Of a stretch of 32,000 nucleotides of DNA, positions 8,658-15,422 are shown piece by piece (the stretch's first letter is position 1; every line of letters begins with the position of its first letter). The stretch comes from Geotalea daltonii FRC-32 (GTDB lineage: Bacteria; Desulfobacterota; Desulfuromonadia; Geobacterales; Geobacteraceae). Where the stretch lies: NCBI RefSeq assembly GCF_000022265.1, contig NC_011979.1, forward strand, positions 900,001 to 932,000, read 5' to 3'. Both the position numbers and the translations under genes were made by a program. The notes beneath the pieces were generated by a model. The model did no database searches. It was not told where the DNA came from and saw only the letters and a list, made by a program, of their open reading frames with translations.

Positions 8658-9947
8658 ATGCTGCTTCGATACGGTGAAACAACATTTTCTCTGCAAATCC
8701 CTCCTGGCCGTCTTCTTGGGGAACTGCGCACTGACAATCCCGCTTCCGATCCTCCTTTTCAGCTTATCGACCGGGCAATCTCCGATTGCGAGCCGTACCT
8801 TTCTTCCTTTACCAAGGGAGAGAAGGTAGTCATCGTCACCTCCGATATCACACGCTACACCGGGAGCGATCTTTATCTGCCGCTCCTGGTCGACCGACTG
8901 AATCAAGCAGGGATCAGTGACAGGGACATAGAGATTGTCGTTGCCCTGGGTATCCATCGTCACCAGAGTGAACAGGAGCACAAAAAGATTCTTGGCGCTC
9001 TCCATGGAAGGATCAGGGTCACCGATCACGATTGCGACAATCCGGGAAAACTGGCTTATCTGGGCAATACCTCTACCGGAATAGGGGTTGAAATAAACAG
9101 ATCGGTCGCTGAGGCGGATCGGGTCATTTTAACCGGAACCATCGGTTTCCACTATTTTGCGGGGTTCGGCGGCGGCAGGAAATCAATTCTACCCGGTGTC
9201 GCCAGCCGCAGAGCCTGCATGGCCAGTCATTTCACCGTGCTTAATCCCGAGCCCGCCAGCGGCAAGAACCCTTTTGCCGCGACCGGGGTCCTTGACGGCA
9301 ATCCGGTCCATCAGGCAATGGTTGAAGCCTGTGCCATGGTCGACCCCGATTTCATCTTCAATACGGTCCTCTCGCCGGACAAGCGGATCATAGCCGCATT
9401 TGCCGGCGACTGGCGGAAAAAGCACCTGGAAGGGTGCAGTTATTACGCAGACCACTTCTCCTGCAGGATCAGTGAGAAAGCGGATTTGGTGATAGTCTCC
9501 TGCGGCGGCTTTCCCAAGGACATCAATTTCATTCAGGCCCATAAGTCCATGGAGTATGCCAGCCATGCCGTGAAGGATGGCGGGGTCATGATCCTGCTTG
9601 CACGCTGCAACGACGGCTATGGTCATGACACCTTTCACCGCTGGTTCAGGTTCAAAGATCTGGATTCCATGGAGAACGAACTGCGGGAGCATTACGAGAT
9701 CAACGGCCAGACGGCTTATGCCACCCTGCAGAAGGCGCAGCGATTCCGGGTGATCCTGGTTTCGGACCTGCCTCCTGAAGAGGTGGCGCAGATGGGTATG
9801 ACCCCGGCCGGCAATCTGGATGAGGCCATGGACAAGGTGGCCACTTTCTTGCCTTCGGATTTCAAGGCTTATGTGATACCGGAAGGGGGCAATGTCCTGC
9901 CGGTGTTGGACACCGTTCGACGTTCGACGTTCGAGGTTCCGGGTTAA
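8658..9947 (+). CDS. larA: LarA-family nickel-pincer (NPN) cofactor-dependent racemase/epimerase, probably lactate racemase
   Basis: 429 aa. N-terminal DUF2088-like region (VVIVTSDITRYTG...VVALGIHRHQ). Motif GFHYFAGFGGGRKSILPGVASRRACMASH has His165, Lys175 and His191, spaced -10/0/+16. That matches my recollection of His174/Lys184/His200 in Lactiplantibacillus plantarum LarA. His100 is a candidate for His108. Confidence 0.8.
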   Translation: MLLRYGETTFSLQIPPGRLLGELRTDNPASDPPFQLIDRAISDCEPYLSSFTKGEKVVIVTSDITRYTGSDLYLPLLVDRLNQAGISDRDIEIVVALGIHRHQSEQEHKKILGALHGRIRVTDHDCDNPGKLAYLGNTSTGIGVEINRSVAEADRVILTGTIGFHYFAGFGGGRKSILPGVASRRACMASHFTVLNPEPASGKNPFAATGVLDGNPVHQAMVEACAMVDPDFIFNTVLSPDKRIIAAFAGDWRKKHLEGCSYYADHFSCRISEKADLVIVSCGGFPKDINFIQAHKSMEYASHAVKDGGVMILLARCNDGYGHDTFHRWFRFKDLDSMENELREHYEINGQTAYATLQKAQRFRVILVSDLPPEEVAQMGMTPAGNLDEAMDKVATFLPSDFKAYVIPEGGNVLPVLDTVRRSTFEVPG

Positions 9948-10008
9948 AATCAGCTTTTTACATCGAACCTCGAACCTCGAACTTCGAACTTCGAACCTCG
10001 AACTTTTT
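9915..10008 (+). repeat. Inverted pair of heptanucleotide tandem arrays (long imperfect hairpin plus T-run); probable larA terminator
   Basis: Left arm: GTTCGAC GTTCGAC GTTCGAG GTTC(CGG) at 9915-9942, inside the last larA codons. Right arm: six CGAACYT units at 9964-10005 (cct, cct, ctt, ctt, cct, ctt), followed by TTT. The arms are reverse complements at 6 of 7 positions per unit. Confidence 0.8.
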
Positions 10009-10021
10009 AACAGAGGTGCAC

Positions 10022-11407
10022 ATGCTGGAATCACGGATTCTAGACCAATTAAAAACGATCGTCGGCAGCGAGAACGTCGCCACGGAGCGCCAGGATCTGC
10101 TCTGTTACGGCTATGACGCCACCCAGATGGAATTTCTCCCGGATGCGGTCGTTCATCCGGGTAGCGTGGATGAGATTTCACAGATATTGAATCTTGCCAA
10201 CGCCGAAAATATCCATGTTTTTCCCCGTGGTGCAGGAAGCGGTTTTACCGGCGGCGCATTGCCCAAGGGGGGAGGCATCGTTCTGGTGGTCACCCGCTTG
10301 AATCGCATCCTGCGCATCGACACGGAAAATCTCATCGCCGAGGTTGAGCCTGGGGTGGTAACCGAGCAGTTCCAGATGGAGGTGGAGAAACTGGGGCTTT
10401 TCTATCCTCCCGACCCGGCTTCATTGAAATTTTCTACCCTGGGGGGTAATGTGGCGGAGAATGCCGGCGGCCCCCGTTGTGTCAAGTATGGTGTGACGAG
10501 GGATTTCGTCATGGGGCTGGAGGTGGTTCTCCCGACGGGTGACATTATCCGTACCGGAGGTGAGACCTACAAGGGGGTAGTAGGTTACGACCTGACCCGA
10601 CTGCTTTGCGGGTCGGAAGGGACGCTGGGCATCATTACCAAGATCATCTTCAAACTCCTTCCTCTTCCCGAGGCGAAGAAGACGATGCTTACCATCTTCG
10701 ATTCCATCGATGGGGCTGCCAGGGCGGTTTCAACCATTATCGGCAACAAGATCATCCCGACCACACTTGAGTTTATGGATCATGCCACCCTGCAATGCGT
10801 GGAGAAACGCTTTAATCTGGGTATCCCGGAAATCGGCCGGGCAGTGTTGATCATCGAGGTGGATGGTGATCGGGAACTCATAGAAACACAGGCTGCCCGT
10901 ATTCAGGAACTGGTGAGACCCCTTGGGCTGGTGGAATGCAAGGTAGCTAAAGATGCGGCCGAATCCGAGGCACTGTGGAAGGTCCGCAGATTGGTTTCAC
11001 CATCCCTTCGGGATGTGAACCCTGACAAATTCAACGAGGATATCGTCGTGCCAAGGAGCAAGGTGCCTGACGTCATTCGCCGCATCGAAAAGATCCAGCA
11101 AAGGTACGACATTCCCATAGTAAATTTCGGTCATGCCGGTGACGGCAATATCCATGTGAATGTCATGATTGACAAGACAGTTCCCGGTATGGAAGAGAAG
11201 GCTCACCAGGCCATCGGCGAGGTGTTTCAGGCTGCCCTCGATCTGAACGGCACTATGTCCGGCGAGCACGGAGTGGGACTTGCCAAACAGCCGTACATCC
11301 ATCTGGAGCTGAAGGGAGCTCAATTGGCTGCCATGCAGGCGATCAAGAAGGCGCTGGATCCCAAAAACATCTTGAATCCCGGGAAAATGTTTCCGGTGAA
11401 ATCGTAG
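10022..11407 (+). CDS. FAD-binding oxidoreductase of the GlcD / D-lactate dehydrogenase family
   Basis: The track ORF starts at GTG 10016. ATG 10022 has GAGG ~5 nt upstream. PCMH-type FAD domain (VFPRGAGSGFTGGALP, LGGNVAENAGGPR) and C-terminal GTMSGEHGVGLAKQPY. Size and motifs fit GlcD-like enzymes. Confidence 0.88.
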   Translation: MLESRILDQLKTIVGSENVATERQDLLCYGYDATQMEFLPDAVVHPGSVDEISQILNLANAENIHVFPRGAGSGFTGGALPKGGGIVLVVTRLNRILRIDTENLIAEVEPGVVTEQFQMEVEKLGLFYPPDPASLKFSTLGGNVAENAGGPRCVKYGVTRDFVMGLEVVLPTGDIIRTGGETYKGVVGYDLTRLLCGSEGTLGIITKIIFKLLPLPEAKKTMLTIFDSIDGAARAVSTIIGNKIIPTTLEFMDHATLQCVEKRFNLGIPEIGRAVLIIEVDGDRELIETQAARIQELVRPLGLVECKVAKDAAESEALWKVRRLVSPSLRDVNPDKFNEDIVVPRSKVPDVIRRIEKIQQRYDIPIVNFGHAGDGNIHVNVMIDKTVPGMEEKAHQAIGEVFQAALDLNGTMSGEHGVGLAKQPYIHLELKGAQLAAMQAIKKALDPKNILNPGKMFPVKS

Positions 11408-11445
11408 GGGCGCCCCCGTGTGGGCGTCCTGAATCGGGCAGGCAC

Positions 11446-12738
11446 ATGGGCCTGCCCCTACAAAGGCATGACGTGGACCCATTGAAGAGAGTTGAAAAGG
11501 ACCTGAAAAAATGCGTCAAATGTGGTGCCTGCCGGGCCAACTGTCCTGCATTCTCCACTTTCCAGCGCGAGCCGGCGGTAGCGCGAGGCAAGGTGGCCCT
11601 GACTCAGCATTTGCTGGCCAAGGACATCGAGCTGGATGATCAGACCTATCTGGCCATGTCCAAATGTCTGCTTTGCGGCAGCTGTGTTGAAAAGTGTCCC
11701 AACGAGGTACCCACGGACGAGATTGTCATCGCCGCCCGTGAGGCCCTGGCGGAGCAGCGGGGACTGACCACGTTCCATAAGGCTGTAGGGCGTGTCATAA
11801 GAAACCGCAAAATGATGAACATGGGAGCGGCAATGGCCGCCATCCTCGGACCGCTCTTTTTTCGCAAGGTGCCGGCAACTTCGGGCCTGAGGCTGCGTTT
11901 TCCGCTTCCTTTCGTCGGCGGCAGGCGTCATATCCCCCAGTTGGCCAAAAAGCCATTCCTGTCTCGCCACCCTGAGGTAATTCAGGGAGAGCCGGGTAAG
12001 CCGCGCATTATCTATTTTGTCGGTTGTATGACGAATTTTGTATACACCGAGGTGGGCGAAGCTGCCCTGGCTTTGTTCCGTCATCTGGGCTGCACCGTCA
12101 TCATTCCCAAAGATCAGCAGTGCTGCGGCCTGCCCGGCATGTCCGGCGGCGATATGGAGACGGTGCGGGAATTGGCTGAAAGGAACCTGTCTGCCCTTGA
12201 AAAATACGAAGCCGATTATGTTGTCACCGCCTGTGCAACCTGTGGCGGAGCCCTGCATAAATTTTACCCGGCAGTGGTCGGCAAAAGGAACCCCGAGTTG
12301 CAGCAGCGGCTGCAGGCTCTGGCCGAAAAAACGATCGATGCCTCGGTCCTGCTGCAAAAACTGGGATTACAGCCGGAAGAAACAGGCGCCGGTGAGGCGA
12401 TGAAAATCACCTATCATGACCCCTGCCATCTACGTACCCGGGCCATTACCAGACAGCCGAGGGAACTGCTCACGGCGGCAACCGGTGTGCAACTGGTGGA
12501 AATGGAGGGTGCTGACAAGTGTTGCGGCCTTGGGGGAACCTTCAATGTTTATCACTATGAAAGCTCGATGCAGATTAATTCAAGTAAGAGCGAAGCCATA
12601 AAACGTACCGGCGCCGATGCGGTTGTTACCGGTTGTCCCGGTTGCATGATGCAGCTTTCCGACGGGTTGAAGCACAACGGCGCTCCGACACGGGTATTGC
12701 ATACCCTGGAAATTCTGGCACGAAAAATCAGAAACTGA
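11446..12738 (+). CDS. GlcF-like (Fe-S)-binding subunit with two ferredoxin-type clusters and two CCG domains
   Basis: Motifs CVKCGACRANCP and CLLCGSCVEKCP, then cysteine-rich CCG motifs (QQCCGLPG; DKCCGLGG; TGCPGCMMQ). The start is uncertain. ATG 11446 sits in the loop of an 8-bp GC hairpin with no SD. In-frame GTG 11473 has AAAGG 5 nt upstream. Confidence 0.85.
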   Translation: MGLPLQRHDVDPLKRVEKDLKKCVKCGACRANCPAFSTFQREPAVARGKVALTQHLLAKDIELDDQTYLAMSKCLLCGSCVEKCPNEVPTDEIVIAAREALAEQRGLTTFHKAVGRVIRNRKMMNMGAAMAAILGPLFFRKVPATSGLRLRFPLPFVGGRRHIPQLAKKPFLSRHPEVIQGEPGKPRIIYFVGCMTNFVYTEVGEAALALFRHLGCTVIIPKDQQCCGLPGMSGGDMETVRELAERNLSALEKYEADYVVTACATCGGALHKFYPAVVGKRNPELQQRLQALAEKTIDASVLLQKLGLQPEETGAGEAMKITYHDPCHLRTRAITRQPRELLTAATGVQLVEMEGADKCCGLGGTFNVYHYESSMQINSSKSEAIKRTGADAVVTGCPGCMMQLSDGLKHNGAPTRVLHTLEILARKIRN

Positions 12739-12821
12739 TTTTCATAATAATAAAAGGTTTTAAGTGATGCTTAAGGTCTTGATTTATTGTCAGGATTTTA
12801 TTATTAGTGAAATTTTTTTTA

Positions 12822-12850
12822 TTGACATTGGAATCTAAATTCGGTATGTA
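12822..12850 (+). promoter_or_regulatory. Candidate sigma70-type promoter for the XRE/cupin regulator (and possibly the carboxylase operon)
   Basis: TTGACA (12822-12827), N17, TATGTA (12845-12850) in a very AT-rich intergenic region. Confidence 0.5.
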
Positions 12851-12893
12851 TTCCGAAAAATAAAAATAGGTTTTATTTTTTTTGGGGCAATTA

Positions 12894-13457
12894 ATGACCG
12901 ATTACAATATCGGCGCCAAGATAAAAAAGCTGCGTCTCGCTAAGAAACTGACACTACAGGCCGTTGCGAAAGAAACCGGATTCTCGCCGGCTCTCATTTC
13001 TCAGATCGAAAACAATAACGTTTCTCCGCCGATTGCGACGCTATCGAAAATCGCTAAGTTTTTTGACGTCAAGGTCGGTATGTTTTTCGCCGAGGATGAG
13101 GAAGAGTGCCGGTTCGAGGTGGTTCGGAAGGGTGAGCGCAAGTTGATACCCCGGGTCATCTCCCGTTCCGGAACCAGCCAGGGCTACTCGTACGAATCCC
13201 TGTCATTCAGAAAACAGAACAAGAAAATGGAACCGTTTCTGCTTTCTGTGGCAGAAAAGGCTGCCGAGGAAAATACCTACAGCCATGACGGTGAGGAGTT
13301 TCTCTTTATCATGCAAGGCAGTGCCGAACTTCTCCTGGACGACGAACGCATCTCCCTCGAAGAGGGGGACTGTGTCTACTTCGATTCTTCCCTCAAGCAT
13401 CGGCTTCTATCCAAAGACGGGTCAGAGGTAAAGGTGCTTGCCGTTGTAACCAGATAA
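12894..13457 (+). CDS. XRE-family transcriptional regulator with a C-terminal cupin domain
   Basis: The track ORF starts at TTG 12882; ATG 12894 (MTDYNIGAKIKKLR) is preferred. HTH: LTLQAVAKETGFSPALISQIENN. Cupin: GEEFLFIMQGSAELLLDDERISLEEGDCVYFDSSLKHRL. Confidence 0.85.
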   Translation: MTDYNIGAKIKKLRLAKKLTLQAVAKETGFSPALISQIENNNVSPPIATLSKIAKFFDVKVGMFFAEDEEECRFEVVRKGERKLIPRVISRSGTSQGYSYESLSFRKQNKKMEPFLLSVAEKAAEENTYSHDGEEFLFIMQGSAELLLDDERISLEEGDCVYFDSSLKHRLLSKDGSEVKVLAVVTR

Positions 13458-13602
13458 GAATCAGCAATTTTGATTTACCCCTCCCGAAGTGCCAATTCAC
13501 CCGATGCTTCCCATTTCGTGTGACTTTGAAAACAAAATGGATCTAATTACCCTTGCTTAAGAATATGCTGAAAACAATCCAATTACCGGAAGGATGACGG
13601 AG

Positions 13603-15327
13603 ATGTCCAAAAAAGCGATTAAACCTTCACTGAAAAACCCCTTTGCCCCGGATGAGAAAGTTGATTTCAACATTCCCGGTGAGATTTCCCGTGCAGAAGG
13701 CGGCTACGAAGAGGCCATGAAGGAGGGTTACGACCTGATCCAGCGGCCCATAAAATCGGTGAGCATCGATCAGATCGAGAAGCAGCACTTCAAAAAGCGA
13801 ATGACCGTTTGGGAAAGGATCCGGGTCCTGACTGAACTGGAGCCGAACATCCTTTTCCAGAACTGGGGCAAAAACCTGGACGGTGCTTCACTTGTCACGG
13901 GCATTCTCAATATCCACGGGCGGGACGTGGCTGTTTACGGCCATGACTTCACCGTCCGCGCCGGTTCCATGGATGCAACCAACGGCAACAAGCTGGCCCG
14001 TCTTTTCCAGATGGCCGGTGAGAAAGGAATACCGCTTATCGGCATGAATGACAGCGCCGGCGCCTTTGTTCCTGCCGGGGTTGGTGGTCTTGACGGTTAT
14101 GCCGAGGCCTTCACTGCGTTGCGCAAAATCAGCGGCGTCGTGCCGAGCATCATGTGCATGTTCGGCTTCAATGCCGGTGGCGGCAGCTACCTTCCCAGGC
14201 AGGGGAGCTTTGTCATTCAGCCCCAGGATACCTTCTTCGGCCTCACTGGTCCCGGCGTCGTCAAATCCGTCCTGGGCGAGGATGTAACCCCTGAAGACCT
14301 GGGCGGACCCAAAGTCCATGGCCAGTCGGGCGTAGCAGATCTTACCGTCGAGGACGAAGTGGGCGCCTTGCGCACCGCCGTCATGCTCCTCAACTACCTT
14401 CCTGACAATAACAGCGTCATGGCTCCTTTTCAGCCGACCAGCGATCCCCTCGACCGCAAGACCTGGGAGATCAACACTCTTCTCAAGAAGGCCTTCAACT
14501 CGCCGACCGGATTCAATACTCCATTCGACGTTTCCATCATTATCCAGCAGATCTGCGATCATGGCGACTACTTTGAGATGCAGCCCAACCGTGCCCGGAA
14601 TGCCGTCACCGCCTTCGGTCGCCTGGGCGGCAACGTGGTTGGTTTCGTCGCCAACAACAGCGCCGTGGACTCCGGGCAAATCGACGTTGATGCAGCCTAC
14701 AAGATTGCCCGTTTCAACCGTTTCTGCAACATCTACAACATCCCCATCATTTTCATGGAAGACACCACTGGCTTCCTGCCGGGCCGCGAGCAGGAGGCCC
14801 GCGGCATCGTTCAGGCAGGCCGGGCGATGCTCGATTCCATCGTCGATATCCGCACACCGCGCATTCTGCTGATCCTCCGCAATGCTTACGGCGGTGCCTA
14901 TGCATCCTATAACAACTACCCGACCGGCGCCGATCTGGTTCTTGCTCTGCCGACCACCCGCCTGGCTGTAATGGGGCCTGCCGGCAAAGAATTCGTCTAC
15001 AAGGATGAACTGCGCAAGCTTCGCACTGAAGTTGCCGAGCGAGTAAAACGGGGCACCCTGCAGCGTATTGAGGCAGGTGTTAAAGAGGATGCTGCAAAGA
15101 GTGATGCGGAAAAAGAAGCGGCCGAGTGGCTGAGAACCCAGGAAGCAGCCCTCAACTTGCGCTACGAAAAGGAGCTGATGAATCCGAAGGAAGCGCTCAG
15201 CCTTGGCTCCATCTCGTCTCTTGTAATGCCTACCGATCTGCGCAAGGTGCTCGGCGAGAACCTGAACTTCTTCCTCAGGCACTATAAGCCTAGTCCGATG
15301 CAGGCGGTGCAGCGCGAGTTCCATTAA
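13603..15327 (+). CDS. Acyl-CoA carboxyltransferase (carboxylase beta-type subunit), divergent
   Basis: The track start is 13594. ATG 13603 has better SD spacing (GGAAGG at 13588-13593). Two crotonase-like halves: [19 protein letters not shown]...[13 protein letters not shown] and [10 protein letters not shown]...[15 protein letters not shown]...[13 protein letters not shown]-terminal helical extension. Confidence 0.85.
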   Translation: MSKKAIKPSLKNPFAPDEKVDFNIPGEISRAEGGYEEAMKEGYDLIQRPIKSVSIDQIEKQHFKKRMTVWERIRVLTELEPNILFQNWGKNLDGASLVTGILNIHGRDVAVYGHDFTVRAGSMDATNGNKLARLFQMAGEKGIPLIGMNDSAGAFVPAGVGGLDGYAEAFTALRKISGVVPSIMCMFGFNAGGGSYLPRQGSFVIQPQDTFFGLTGPGVVKSVLGEDVTPEDLGGPKVHGQSGVADLTVEDEVGALRTAVMLLNYLPDNNSVMAPFQPTSDPLDRKTWEINTLLKKAFNSPTGFNTPFDVSIIIQQICDHGDYFEMQPNRARNAVTAFGRLGGNVVGFVANNSAVDSGQIDVDAAYKIARFNRFCNIYNIPIIFMEDTTGFLPGREQEARGIVQAGRAMLDSIVDIRTPRILLILRNAYGGAYASYNNYPTGADLVLALPTTRLAVMGPAGKEFVYKDELRKLRTEVAERVKRGTLQRIEAGVKEDAAKSDAEKEAAEWLRTQEAALNLRYEKELMNPKEALSLGSISSLVMPTDLRKVLGENLNFFLRHYKPSPMQAVQREFH

Positions 15328-15422
15328 AAAACGGAGCCTCGAGACGCAGGGCCTGCCAGGTGCAGAAGTGTTGCTTGTAAGGTTGTGACTTTTAATATCC
15401 AATGGATTGGAGATAGAGACCA

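Noticed and set aside
9915-10008. Possible CRISPR array or coding repeat
   Set aside because: The units are only 7 nt and directly abutting with no spacers, and there are no cas genes. The right arm lies outside any supported ORF. I treat it as a structured tandem repeat or terminator instead.
9189-10181. 330-aa minus-strand ORF spanning larA, the heptamer arrays and the GlcD-like start
   Set aside because: It is antisense to two well-supported genes. It reads through the repeat region (SSRFEVRSSRFEV is just the translated heptamers). Its composition is Arg/Pro/Gly-rich and there is no RBS.
11458-12357. 299-aa minus-strand ORF antisense to the GlcF-like gene; similar antisense ORFs at 6376-7023 (+), 15984-16633 (-), 17145-18086 (-), 19683-20300 (-), 26389-27090 (-), 28856-29374 (+) and 29571-30167 (-)
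   Set aside because: All lie inside genes with strong motif support on the other strand. They have no family signatures, a biased low-complexity composition, and no ribosome-binding sites.
12706-12730. Sigma54-type promoter (TGGCAC at ~12716)
   Set aside because: The TGGCAC is not followed by TTGC at the required 5-nt spacing, and it lies inside the 3' end of the GlcF-like coding region. Other GG...GC candidates (13540-13560, 25006-25022) have the wrong spacing.
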